Of a stretch of DNA of 52,432 bases, positions 43,811 through 52,432 are shown piece after piece. Location: contig CAYZVJ010000004.1 of assembly GCA_964481765.1 (NCBI GenBank), forward strand, positions 1-52,432. The letters run 5' to 3'. Source of the stretch: an uncultured Rikenellaceae bacterium (GTDB taxonomy: Bacteria > Bacteroidota > Bacteroidia > Bacteroidales > VadinHA17). The translations under genes and the position numbers were made by a program. A model generated the notes under the pieces. The model was given only the letters and a program-made list of their open reading frames with translations. It ran no database searches and was not told the DNA's origin. The number at the start of each line of letters is the position of its first letter. Positions within the stretch are counted from its first letter, which is position 1.

Positions 43811-44548
43811 ATGAGAAGCTTCATTCAAAAACACATCTATGGTATCCTGGGAACGATCATCGTTCACCTTCTGCTTGCAATTCTGTTCATGCTAATCAAG
43901 CTATCAACAACCTATCAGGAGAGGCAGGAAGCGATCATCATTGATTTTGAATCCACACCTGAAGAACCCGAGATCATAGAGGTGGAGGTGCCGGACCGGA
44001 TTGCTGAGATGTACAATAACGAGGAATTTTGGACGAACATTGCGCGCAACCTGAGCAGCCAAACAGAAGAAGAATTTGATATTGAGGATTACATTGATAA
44101 GATCAGGCAGGAATTGATGGAGAGTGGGGAGATATCGGAGCAGAATTACCTGGATGAGCTGCGCCAACGCCTGGAAGAGGGTACACATGCCGGAGAAACT
44201 GAATTTCGTGACCTGGAGGAGAGCAAGGAGGAAATAACGGCTAATGAAATGGCAGCGGCGTATTCCGGACCCACACGGATTTATTATATTTTGGAGGGCC
44301 GGACTCACCGCTACTTGCCGCTACCCATCTATAAATGTGAGGGAAGTGGAAAGGTTGTTCTGGATATTGTGGTCGACCAGAGGGGATTTGTGCTTTCCGC
44401 AGAAGTGATTCGGGAAGAATCGTCAACAGACGATTACTGCCTGCATGATATGGCAAAGGATGCAGCTCTCAGGACCAGGTTTAATCTTGATCTGTCGGCT
44501 CCTGCCCGTCAACAGGGACTCATTACCTACCACTTTGTTGCCCAGTAA
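43811..44548 (+). CDS. Membrane-anchored protein with a TonB C-terminal-like domain
   Basis: 245 aa. N-terminal TM (ILGTIIVHLLLAILFMLI), a highly acidic linker, and a C-terminal region of about 90 aa (GSGKVVLDIVVDQRGFVLSAEVI...DMAKDAALRTRFN) matching the TonB_C pattern. Confidence 0.6.
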   Translation: MRSFIQKHIYGILGTIIVHLLLAILFMLIKLSTTYQERQEAIIIDFESTPEEPEIIEVEVPDRIAEMYNNEEFWTNIARNLSSQTEEEFDIEDYIDKIRQELMESGEISEQNYLDELRQRLEEGTHAGETEFRDLEESKEEITANEMAAAYSGPTRIYYILEGRTHRYLPLPIYKCEGSGKVVLDIVVDQRGFVLSAEVIREESSTDDYCLHDMAKDAALRTRFNLDLSAPARQQGLITYHFVAQ

Positions 44549-44584
44549 CATCAATGGTTCCCACAACCGAAGGGAAATCCCGGG

Positions 44585-45307
44585 CTAAAGCAGAGTTCGA
44601 TTCGAATAATCAAAAGGCTTCACCAGGTCAGGAACATTCTTGTCAGCTCCCCGTTTTGTAATCAACCGCGATATGGTGTGAGCCTCCATCTCCTCTTCAC
44701 TGAAGGGTTTCAATAATGTGAGGGATTCAGATATAGGGATGGTGGTATCCAACCACCTCTTCTCATCCTCACTTGCCAGGATAACAGGCATTCGCTTCTT
44801 AACATTGTGAATCTTTTCCATGAGAAGATTGGCATGTGTGGTAATGATGCTGAATGTTTTCACGATCTCCCCCGTTCGATGGTTGGTCCATATATCAAAG
44901 AGTCCGGCAAAGGTGAAGATTTTTTCATCCGACAGGTATATATAATATGGAAATTTTTCTCTGCCAACGGTTTGCCATTCATAAAAGCCCCTGCTAATGA
45001 CAAGGCACCGGTTTGATCTGACCGCATTCCGGAAGGAAGGTTTCTCGGTGATTGTTTCCGACCTGGCATTGAAGGTCTTATACCGGATGTCATTCGCATA
45101 CTCCTCATCCCTGGTCCAGGAGGGTATCAGTCCCCATTGGTACAACTCAATTCCATCCGGTTTTTCTGAACTTATTACAGGGATCTTCGGTAACTCAAAT
45201 GCATGATAATAATAGCTGGGCCTGTAATAGTCAGGATCGAGCAGCGGAATGTTGAACCGTCGCTCCATCTCCTCCCTGATGATGTTCACGTTTATTGTAA
45301 AACACAT
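44585..45307 (-). CDS. SOS response-associated peptidase (SRAP; YedK/HMCES family)
   Basis: 240 aa. Begins MC (catalytic Cys2). Motifs NARSET, CLVISRGFYEW and FAGLFDIW are typical of SRAP. Confidence 0.9.
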   Translation of the reverse strand: MCFTINVNIIREEMERRFNIPLLDPDYYRPSYYYHAFELPKIPVISSEKPDGIELYQWGLIPSWTRDEEYANDIRYKTFNARSETITEKPSFRNAVRSNRCLVISRGFYEWQTVGREKFPYYIYLSDEKIFTFAGLFDIWTNHRTGEIVKTFSIITTHANLLMEKIHNVKKRMPVILASEDEKRWLDTTIPISESLTLLKPFSEEEMEAHTISRLITKRGADKNVPDLVKPFDYSNRTLL

Positions 45308-45341
45308 GGTCGCACAATGATTGAATGGTTTGCAGGAAACC

Positions 45342-46685
45342 TTAATCCGGTATTTGGAACACTTTCAGGTTCAGGGGTTGAATCGGATTCGGAAGGTCCA
45401 GGTCAAATAGATCCTGCTCTGGCCACTGTTCCATGCTGCCGAATACTTTTCTCATGGTTCGGTCAATCTCGCCAGGAAACTTCGATGATTTCCAGGTACT
45501 CGAATTCAACAGAACAACCCATGTAAATCCATCATCCTGGTGTTTGATCATGGCAGAGGTGCCTGCAAAAGATCCGGTTCTCCACCAGGTACCGTTGGCA
45601 AGTGTTGTCTTCCAGCCGACAGGTGCATAACCATAACCCGGATCGGTCATGAGTTTAACCTTTTCCGGTGTAATGATATCTGTTCTGCTTGAATCCCCAT
45701 CGATTGCCAGGGTAAGCTTCAGCAGATCGGGTGCTGCAGCAATCCAGCTCCCAGCTGCACCCAGGGCTTCAACATCGTTCCCTCCATAGCACCGCATGAC
45801 CATTTCATCCGGATCATAAATTGACTTGACACGTTCTGATCCGGTGGGTTCATAGTACCTGACTTCCAATGATGCTTTCTGCCATGGCATGTTCCCACCC
45901 AACTGCATATCGTATACCCCAATCGGATTCAGAATACTGTTTTTTACATATTCCTCATACGGTTGTTGTGTAATTTCTTCAATGACCAGTCCCAGAATAC
46001 TGTATCCCAGATTCGAATAACTTACGTAACTGCCCGGGGTGAAGTGCAGTTTTTTGCTAAGGGCAAACTGCACAATGGTTTTTGTATCAGGCGGTGAAGG
46101 AATATTCATATAGGTTGCTATTGCATGGGGAATGAACATTTGATCGCCCCATCTTCTGGTCCATCCTCCGGAATGAGTCAGAAGGTGTCGAACAGTAATA
46201 TCGAAGGCACGTGTATCCCGCGGGTTCAGGTAGATGGAATCATGCAGTATAGCACCCTCCCCGAAGACTTTTTGATCCAGGGTTATCCTGCCTTCCTCTA
46301 CCAGGTTCATGATAGCAACGGCTGTAATCAGCTTGGAGACACTGGCTATGCGAAACAGGTGAAAGGGCTGCACATCGATCCCTTCTTCCCTATCGGCTTT
46401 TCCGTATCCCCGCGCAAAAACAAGCTTTCCATCTTTTGCAATCGCCACGGAGGCACCCGCAATATCCCACCGTTTTATAAATGAATTGAAAATCTTATCT
46501 ATTGGAACGAATGTTTCTGATGCACAAAGATCATTGCGTAGGCGCACGCGAAGATGATCCGGATCAGTAGGTTCCCTGTCTGTAGATGCAGAATGGGGAT
46601 CGGTAAAACCGAAGGAGGTGACCAGCAGCAGTAAAAAAGTCAGAGGTATCCGCCAGTATAATTTTAATGTTGTCACAAAATACAA
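45342..46685 (-). CDS. Exported serine hydrolase, beta-lactamase family
   Basis: 447 aa. N-terminal hydrophobic leader. SxxK motif SVSKLIT. YSNLGY (Y-x-N). Class C-like fold. Confidence 0.85.
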   Translation of the reverse strand: MYFVTTLKLYWRIPLTFLLLLVTSFGFTDPHSASTDREPTDPDHLRVRLRNDLCASETFVPIDKIFNSFIKRWDIAGASVAIAKDGKLVFARGYGKADREEGIDVQPFHLFRIASVSKLITAVAIMNLVEEGRITLDQKVFGEGAILHDSIYLNPRDTRAFDITVRHLLTHSGGWTRRWGDQMFIPHAIATYMNIPSPPDTKTIVQFALSKKLHFTPGSYVSYSNLGYSILGLVIEEITQQPYEEYVKNSILNPIGVYDMQLGGNMPWQKASLEVRYYEPTGSERVKSIYDPDEMVMRCYGGNDVEALGAAGSWIAAAPDLLKLTLAIDGDSSRTDIITPEKVKLMTDPGYGYAPVGWKTTLANGTWWRTGSFAGTSAMIKHQDDGFTWVVLLNSSTWKSSKFPGEIDRTMRKVFGSMEQWPEQDLFDLDLPNPIQPLNLKVFQIPD

Positions 46686-46727
46686 GTTAACAGTTTGTAT
46701 AACAGACTATTAAAAAATATCAAATTG

Positions 46728-46735
46728 CAAATTTA
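46728..46735 (-). promoter_or_regulatory. Candidate Bacteroidota -7 promoter box for the 45342-46685 hydrolase gene
   Basis: The minus strand reads TAAATTTG (= TAnnTTTG) about 45 nt upstream of the ATG at 46685. Confidence 0.4.
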
Positions 46736-46944
46736 ATGGAATTCTACAGGATGTGATCAAAAATTGCAATAAAAATTCAACAGAAGAAGAAAGTTTTTAA
46801 CAGATCCGGGATGATCAGTTGGATTGCGTTGACAGGGGGAATTCTGTTGTCCTGTTTTCGGGACCGGAGTGGAGTTATGCCGGCAGGCTGTATCGGGTTG
46901 GTTATGTCTATTGGAAAGAAGTTACTCGTGGAAAAAGAAGGGTA

Positions 46945-47375
46945 TAAAAACACGAAGAGGGAATTTTTCTACGAAAAATTCCCTCTTCCACTTCTTAAGA
47001 CCCGTAGGTCAGAATCAGTGCCAAGCTACTGTTATTATGGCTTCTGCGTTCCAATTCAACCCTTTCGGGTATCGTCTTCCGGCGTCTGAATTCAATATTG
47101 CTTCGCTTTTGCAAGCGTCGCGATTCTGAACCCTGGCTCTTTAAAGGCCCCTTAAACACCTGGTTCTTACGAACCCGACCCTTACGAGTTGAACCTGTTC
47201 CCACCGGCCTGTTGCCAGGCTGGCTTTCGCGGGTTCGCCTTTTGAAACTCACCCTGGCAGGCACCTGTTCCGAAGAACGGATGACCTGAGGATGGGTCCT
47301 GGAGTGTTTCAACTTTTGCAAGCATCCACAATCCGTTTCCGCGTTTCTCAAGCTTGCCTTTTATCCCTCACTTGG
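46945..47375 (-). ncRNA. Candidate structured non-coding RNA of about 430 nt, class unrecognised
   Basis: Bounded by a TAnnTTTG box (47388-47381) and the terminator (46954-46988). The interior contains five hairpins closed by GNRA loops on the minus strand only (47059-47070 GAAA, 47104-47117 GCAA, 47162-47175 GUAA, 47178-47189 GUAA, 47207-47220 GCAA) plus a UUCG hairpin (47264-47280). The only ORF is a 118-aa Arg/Lys/Ser-rich reading frame. The ends are approximate. Confidence 0.55.
46954..46988 (-). terminator. Rho-independent terminator of the candidate ncRNA
   Basis: Perfect 15-bp stem (GAAGAGGGAATTTTT / AAAAATTCCCTCTTC) with a 5-nt loop. On the minus strand it is followed by GTGTTTTTAT. 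There is no T-run on the plus-strand side. Confidence 0.75.
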
Positions 47376-47380
47376 TATAA

Positions 47381-47388
47381 CAAATATA
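47381..47388 (-). promoter_or_regulatory. Candidate Bacteroidota -7 promoter box for the ncRNA candidate
   Basis: The minus strand reads TATATTTG (TAnnTTTG), with a TTG element 20 nt further upstream (aaagTTGcaccggttaccatctagtaaTATATTTG). Confidence 0.45.
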
Positions 47389-47646
47389 TTACTAGATGGT
47401 AACCGGTGCAACTTTTTTTAACTTTCCTTGTCAACATAGTTTCCACACCCTTTATTAACAAATGTTCATAAATGGAACCGCATAAGAATCAAGTAAAAAG
47501 GAACAATTTGAGAACCATTAAGATAGGAAAACAACCGTTTACTCAGGTGCAAGCGACTTGGTTTTATTCTATAATTTTACGGCAGATCTTGAAACAATTC
47601 TTTATTATATATACTATATTTACCGGTCAATATTCATCACCGTATC

Positions 47647-49164
47647 ATGAAGATTAAAAAAGTCCTCATTGCAAATCGTGGGGAGATTGCAGTCCGGATC
47701 ATTCGATCCTGTCGTGAATTAGGGATCACGACAGTAGCGGTTTACTCCGAAGCTGACCGAACCGCATTGCATGTCAGGTATGCTGATGAGGCCTATTATA
47801 TTGGTCCCTCCCCTTCCAATGAAAGCTACCTGGTGATGGATAATATCATCCAGGTGGCAAAGGAATCAAAATCGGATGCGATACATCCCGGATACGGTTT
47901 TCTTTCCGAAAATGCTGAGTTCTCGGACAGGGTAAAGAAAGCGGGTATTATTTTCATAGGCCCCAGCGCCTATTCAATTCAAACGATGGGTGATAAGATC
48001 AGTGCCCGAAAAAGCATGATAAACGCCAACATTCCTGTCGTACCAGGCACAAAGGAAAACCTTACGGATAATTCGTCATACAAAAACATCATTACCGAAA
48101 TCGGATTGCCAGTCATGATCAAGGCCTCGGCAGGTGGTGGGGGAAAGGGAATGCGCCTGGTAAGGGAAGAGGGTGAACTGGCGGCTGCAATCAGGGCTGC
48201 CAGGTCGGAAGCACTCGCCGCTTTTGGTAATGATTCAATCTATATCGAAAAATACATTGAATCGCCCCATCACATTGAATTTCAAATTCTGGCAGACCGG
48301 CATGGGAATATCATCCACCTGTGTGAACGGGAGTGCTCCGTTCAAAGGAGGCATCAAAAAGTGGTGGAAGAGACCCCGTCTCCGCTGATGACAGCTGAAT
48401 TACGGGATGAAATGGGAAAACATGCTATCGCTGCTGCAAAAGCGGTCAATTATGAAGGGGCCGGAACCATTGAATTTCTGGTAGACAACCGGCTTAACTA
48501 TTACTTCCTTGAAATGAACACCAGGCTTCAGGTAGAACACCCTGTTACAGAAAGGGTAACGGGAATAGACCTGGTGAAAGAGCAACTCTATATCGCCGAT
48601 GGACAACCATTGCGAATTGCACAGGAAGAGGTTTCTCAAAATGGACATGCCATAGAATGTCGGATTTATGCCGAAGATCCGGAAAACAATTTCATGCCCA
48701 GTCCCGGTATGGTAAGCAAAATCATTGAACCCATGGGAACCGGTGTGCGCTGCGATGGCTACATCTATCAGGGATATACTATCCCGATCTATTATGACCC
48801 ATTGATCTCAAAGCTGATCACATGGGGTATCACACGGGAAGAAGCAATCAGCAGAATGAAAAGAGCATTGGAAGAATACTATATCCTCGGCGTGAAAACC
48901 TCGAAAAATTTCCTGGTCAGAATCATGGAAACTCCCGATTTTATTACCGGTAAGTACGATACACATTTCATCGAAAAAAACAATGATTTTCTCTTTTCAC
49001 CCTGCAGGAGTGCGCGTGAAAGTGAACAGTTTGAAGGTCTGGCAGCACTTACTGCGCTCCTTGAATATAACACGTCCCTACTGAACGGTAACATCCTGCC
49101 TGGACCCAATGGAAGAAACCAGTGGAAAGAATTTGGCCGGAAAAAAAGCATGATCAGGCTATAA
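47647..49164 (+). CDS. accC: Biotin carboxylase subunit of a biotin-dependent acyl-CoA carboxylase
   Basis: 505 aa. MKIKKVLIANRGEIAVRIIR, GYGFLSEN, ATP-grasp GGGGKGMR, EMNTRLQVEHPVTE: textbook AccC motifs. Confidence 0.95.
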   Translation: MKIKKVLIANRGEIAVRIIRSCRELGITTVAVYSEADRTALHVRYADEAYYIGPSPSNESYLVMDNIIQVAKESKSDAIHPGYGFLSENAEFSDRVKKAGIIFIGPSAYSIQTMGDKISARKSMINANIPVVPGTKENLTDNSSYKNIITEIGLPVMIKASAGGGGKGMRLVREEGELAAAIRAARSEALAAFGNDSIYIEKYIESPHHIEFQILADRHGNIIHLCERECSVQRRHQKVVEETPSPLMTAELRDEMGKHAIAAAKAVNYEGAGTIEFLVDNRLNYYFLEMNTRLQVEHPVTERVTGIDLVKEQLYIADGQPLRIAQEEVSQNGHAIECRIYAEDPENNFMPSPGMVSKIIEPMGTGVRCDGYIYQGYTIPIYYDPLISKLITWGITREEAISRMKRALEEYYILGVKTSKNFLVRIMETPDFITGKYDTHFIEKNNDFLFSPCRSARESEQFEGLAALTALLEYNTSLLNGNILPGPNGRNQWKEFGRKKSMIRL

Positions 49165-49182
49165 AATCCAATATAATCCCTT

Positions 49183-49695
49183 TTGATGCGTATGGAAATT
49201 CTGCTAAACGATAAAATCATACTGGTCGATATCCTGAAAAAGGATGGAAGCAACATGGATGTTTCGATCAACGGAAAGATCCTGAAAGTCAACGTAATAA
49301 AGGTTGATAACGGAATTTATTCCATTCTTCACAATGGAAAATCATATGACATGGAGGTTGTGCCCGGTAGTGATAAGCGGAAATATTCTGTTGCACACGG
49401 ATGTTCCACTTTCGATGTCGAGATCAATGATTTGGAATCAAAATACATGAAGAACCGGTTAAAGGGCCAGATGGAACACGACCAGGATTCCATCTCCTCA
49501 CCCATGCCGGGTAAGGTGGTGAAAATCCCCGTTGATGTTGGGGATGAAATCGAGCCCGGTCAAACCCTCATTATCATCTCAGCCATGAAAATGGAGAGCG
49601 AGTATAAAGCAAAACGGTCGGGTAAGATCAAAGAGATCCTGGCCACCGAGGGTGATACCATTGAAGGGAATCAACCATTAATACTAATTGAATAA
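49183..49695 (+). CDS. Biotin carboxyl carrier protein (biotin/lipoyl attachment domain)
   Basis: 170 aa. C-terminal biotinyl domain with SPMPGKVVKI and the AMKME biotinylation motif. The N-terminal region of about 90 aa is of unclear fold. Confidence 0.85.
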   Translation: MMRMEILLNDKIILVDILKKDGSNMDVSINGKILKVNVIKVDNGIYSILHNGKSYDMEVVPGSDKRKYSVAHGCSTFDVEINDLESKYMKNRLKGQMEHDQDSISSPMPGKVVKIPVDVGDEIEPGQTLIIISAMKMESEYKAKRSGKIKEILATEGDTIEGNQPLILIE

Positions 49696-49710
49696 TCAGA
49701 TCCCGGTATT

Positions 49711-51249
49711 ATGTCAACACTGGAAGAAAAATTCAAGGATTTTGAAGAACGGGTTAATGCTGCTGAACTGGGCGGAGGAGTTGAAAGAATTGAAAAGCAG
49801 CACAAAGCCGGAAAAAAAACTGCACGCGAACGGATCAATGATCTTCTTGATCCCGGTACTTTTATTGAAACCGATCGAATGGCGGTACACAAATGTACTG
49901 ATTTTGATATGGATAAAAAGAAAATACCGGGTGATGGGATCGTCACCGGATATGGGAAAATTGATGGACGGCTGGTCTATATTTTCGCCCAGGATTTCAC
50001 TGTTTTCGGCGGAACTTTATCCAGAACCAATGCAGATAAAGTCGTTAAGCTCATGGATCTGGCTATGAGAATGGGCGCCCCGGTCATCGGTTTAAACGAC
50101 TCTGGCGGTGCAAGAATACAGGAAGGCGTTCAGAGCCTTGCCGGATACGCAGATATCTTTTACCGAAATGTGATGAGTTCCGGTGTTATTCCTCAAATAT
50201 CTGCCATTCTCGGTCCATGCGCCGGGGGAGCGGTATACTCTCCTGCCCTGACAGATTTTATCTTTATGGTCAAAGAGACCAGTTACATGTTTGTGACGGG
50301 GCCCGATGTGATCAAAACCGTTACACACGAAGATGTAACAAAAGAGGAGCTGGGAGGTGCCATGACCCACAACTCGAAAAGTGGTGTGGCCCACTTCATT
50401 GGTGAAGATGATGAACAAACGATGATGATGATCAGGGAGTTGCTTAGCTTCCTTCCATCCAACAACATGGAGGATCCACCGGTCAAACCCTCTCTTGATG
50501 ACATCAACAGGGTGGATGAAAACCTGCAGACCATCGTGCCGGTTGATCCCAACAAGCCCTACGATATAAAAGAGATCATCACAACGGTTGCGGATGACCA
50601 TAATTTTTTTGAGGTTATGTCACATTATGCAGAAAACATGGTGATCGGTTTTATCAGGCTCAATGGCAAAACGATCGGCATTGTGGCAAACCAACCGGCT
50701 CACCAGGCAGGAGTGCTGGATATCAATGCTTCGGTAAAAGGTGCACGCTTTGTCCGATTCTGCGACGCCTTCTCTATACCCCTGGTCACCTTTGAAGATG
50801 TGCCCGGCTTTCTGCCCGGAACCATACAGGAATTTGGAGGTATCATACGCCACGGAGCAAAATTGCTGTATGCCTTCTCAGAAGCCACCGTGCCGAAAAT
50901 TACGATTATCACCCGGAAAGCGTATGGAGGAGCATACTGTGTCATGGCCAGCAAACACATTGGTGCCGATGTGAATTTTGCCTATCCTACTGCTGAAATA
51001 GCAGTGATGGGACCTGATGGAGCAGTCAATATCCTGCATCGAAGTGTTGTTGATAATGAAGAGAAAACACGGAAAGTGGAAGAATACAAGTCGAGTTTTG
51101 CAAATCCCTACAAAGCTGCAGAACTGGGATACATTGACGAGATCATCCTGCCCAAATATACGCGGAAAAGATTGATCATGGCACTGGAAATGGCGCAAAA
51201 TAAAAGTGCCTCAAATCCTCCAAAAAAACACGGTAATATTCCATTGTAA
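49711..51249 (+). CDS. Acyl-CoA carboxylase carboxyltransferase (beta) subunit; propionyl-CoA carboxylase beta / methylmalonyl-CoA carboxyltransferase 12S-like
   Basis: 512 aa. Strong resemblance throughout to PccB-type proteins ([60 protein letters not shown]). Confidence 0.95.
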   Translation: MSTLEEKFKDFEERVNAAELGGGVERIEKQHKAGKKTARERINDLLDPGTFIETDRMAVHKCTDFDMDKKKIPGDGIVTGYGKIDGRLVYIFAQDFTVFGGTLSRTNADKVVKLMDLAMRMGAPVIGLNDSGGARIQEGVQSLAGYADIFYRNVMSSGVIPQISAILGPCAGGAVYSPALTDFIFMVKETSYMFVTGPDVIKTVTHEDVTKEELGGAMTHNSKSGVAHFIGEDDEQTMMMIRELLSFLPSNNMEDPPVKPSLDDINRVDENLQTIVPVDPNKPYDIKEIITTVADDHNFFEVMSHYAENMVIGFIRLNGKTIGIVANQPAHQAGVLDINASVKGARFVRFCDAFSIPLVTFEDVPGFLPGTIQEFGGIIRHGAKLLYAFSEATVPKITIITRKAYGGAYCVMASKHIGADVNFAYPTAEIAVMGPDGAVNILHRSVVDNEEKTRKVEEYKSSFANPYKAAELGYIDEIILPKYTRKRLIMALEMAQNKSASNPPKKHGNIPL

Positions 51250-51266
51250 TTGCTCGTATCCATCAG

Positions 51267-52316
51267 CTATCGCCACAAATTGCAATCCCTTCTGAGTATC
51301 TGGATGGCATTCCCGGGGCGTTCGATCATGCTGTAGAAACTGGAAATGGATTGGATGATCTTCGCTTTGTGTTCGAGTTCCAGCAATTCGAATTCCTGAT
51401 ATAGCTTAAATACTTCATCCTTTTTCTCTTCGAACAGGTCAAACAGTGCTATAAATTCCTTTCTGGATCCGCAAATCCCTTTATAAAACCGGTCAGCACT
51501 AACACTCTCAAGGGAATCTCTGAAAGAATTCCTGTACGGGGCGTCAACAAGTCCTGCATAGTCGAAATCATAGGGTACAGGAATGGGAGGACTCAGCGGA
51601 TCAAGGGTTACCAGTTCGATGTTGTGAAGCAGCTGAACAAACCAATCATTATTCGCTATCATGTATTGGAACAGGGCAAGGATATTGAATGACTCTTCAT
51701 CCAAATCATCAGCAGAAAAATTTTCAATGTTGATGATCTTTCCATCGTTTCTCTCAGCCATGTATTTCGGACGTTCAATAAAAAAAGCAAAACTGGTTAT
51801 CTGATCACCCGGATTATCCTGTTCAATGTAAGATATTTCAGCTAACCGAACCCGAAAACTAAACGGAGTGAAATGGTTATATAACCGGTAAATCGAGTAC
51901 TCTTTAAAAAGAAATTGTTCATACTCAGGCCGGCTGGTCATGCAATGGGTCACCAGTTTAATCTCGTCCTGTCCTTTAAAAATTGTATTGGCAATGTGAT
52001 CCTCCGATAAAATAATCCGTAATGGAGGAAAATTACAATTATCCGGATCTCTCCGGAAATTCCCCCTGGTCCTGACTTCCACCGGAATAGAGACAAACTC
52101 CCCGTTCTCGTCTGCATAGCTTAATACGGCAGGATATTCATCCGGATCCTCCTCAAGATCACTGATCAGAACACCAATGTGTCCAGTAAGTTTAACCTGT
52201 AAAACCTCATCCGAATCAAACAAACCCACAGCACTCCGATCCGGTTGCCCCTTCCCCGTTGATATAGCTAACAGAGAGAAACTAAACACCATAAAGAAAA
52301 TTTGCAGGATTTTCAT
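51267..52316 (-). CDS. Secreted hypothetical protein
   Basis: I prefer the internal start MKILQIFFMVFSFSLLAIS (signal peptide) at 52316; the ORF-track start is 52388. No family recognised with confidence. Confidence 0.55.
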   Translation of the reverse strand: MKILQIFFMVFSFSLLAISTGKGQPDRSAVGLFDSDEVLQVKLTGHIGVLISDLEEDPDEYPAVLSYADENGEFVSIPVEVRTRGNFRRDPDNCNFPPLRIILSEDHIANTIFKGQDEIKLVTHCMTSRPEYEQFLFKEYSIYRLYNHFTPFSFRVRLAEISYIEQDNPGDQITSFAFFIERPKYMAERNDGKIINIENFSADDLDEESFNILALFQYMIANNDWFVQLLHNIELVTLDPLSPPIPVPYDFDYAGLVDAPYRNSFRDSLESVSADRFYKGICGSRKEFIALFDLFEEKKDEVFKLYQEFELLELEHKAKIIQSISSFYSMIERPGNAIQILRRDCNLWR

Positions 52317-52432
52317 ATTTACATCATAAAGAAAATTACAATTTCGAAAAAAACCGTGTGACACAAGATATAAATTCCGAAGATACAAAATAAGGGATTT
52401 TTTCCTATAATGCAGAATCCGAAATCTGAACT

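Noticed and set aside
46995-47351. 118-aa ORF on the minus strand (MRNAETDCGCLQ...) and overlapping plus-strand ORFs (46811-47089, 46869-47129, 47098-47289) as protein-coding genes.
   Set aside because: The sequences are extremely Arg/Lys/Ser/Pro-rich and low-complexity, with no recognisable fold. They overlap the terminator hairpin and the GNRA hairpins. They are better explained as chance frames in a structured RNA region.
46945-47375. Possibility that the structured RNA candidate is RNase P RNA (rnpB) or tmRNA (ssrA). The size (about 400 nt) and its stand-alone promoter and terminator fit both.
   Set aside because: On either strand I could not find the universally conserved RNase P P4 sequences (GGAAAGUCC... 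/ ACAGAA..CCGGCUUA). Nor could I find a tmRNA-like 5' GGGG acceptor start, a tag reading frame ending in ...ALAA-like codons, or a 3' T-arm followed by CCA. This is an eye-check only; an Infernal scan is needed.
1-52432. Search for tRNA and rRNA genes across all intergenic regions.
   Set aside because: I saw no cloverleaf-compatible segment with T-arm GGTTCGAATCC-like motifs and no 16S/23S/5S-like conserved blocks. The only large non-coding gap is 46686-47646, which is treated separately.

Overview
The window reads as a densely packed chromosomal segment of a Bacteroidota-type genome. Evidence for that placement: TAnnTTTG-type promoter boxes, many lipoprotein or signal-peptide N-termini, a TonB-dependent receptor with a carboxypeptidase-regulatory-like N-terminus, and a HYC/CC/PP-type Cys-rich membrane protein.

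I can support about 43 protein-coding genes. They include:
- a partial BNR-repeat protein that runs off the left edge and is absent from the ORF track
- a cold-shock protein
- a putative metal-uptake trio (Cys-rich membrane protein, HMA protein, TonB-dependent receptor)
- three exported beta-lactamase-fold serine hydrolases
- an SLC12-like cation-chloride cotransporter homologue
- a 1399-aa fused double HgdC/BcrAD-type ATPase plus dehydratase-like protein
- a four-gene AmmeMemoRadiSam operon with an embedded membrane spermidine-synthase-like protein
- a Tat-exported DUF362-like protein with a secreted partner
- an SDR plus steroid-5-alpha-reductase pair with a GbsR/MarR regulator
- an ECF sigma, anti-sigma and DUF4097-like operon
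- an aspartate-racemase-family, DmpA and M16 peptidase cluster
- a small accessory-looking patch (Zn-ribbon protein, a phased 10-bp repeat array, a short SSB, an OLD/PARIS-like ABC-ATPase-Toprim protein, a PP2C phosphatase)
- an SRAP peptidase
- a three-gene biotin-dependent carboxylase operon

I found no rRNA, tRNA, CRISPR array, transposase or integrase.

The signals I consider most worth follow-up are:
1. An unclassified minus-strand structured RNA candidate of about 430 nt, with its own promoter and terminator and many GNRA hairpins, inside a 961-nt gene-free gap (about 46945-47388).
2. The atypical AmmeMemoRadiSam locus, whose components carry export-type leaders (19740-25511).
3. The stand-alone ABC-ATPase/coiled-coil/Toprim-like gene (39484-41814) and its neighbourhood.

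All calls rest on reading the translations and sequence by eye. No database search, RNA folding or composition statistic was run.
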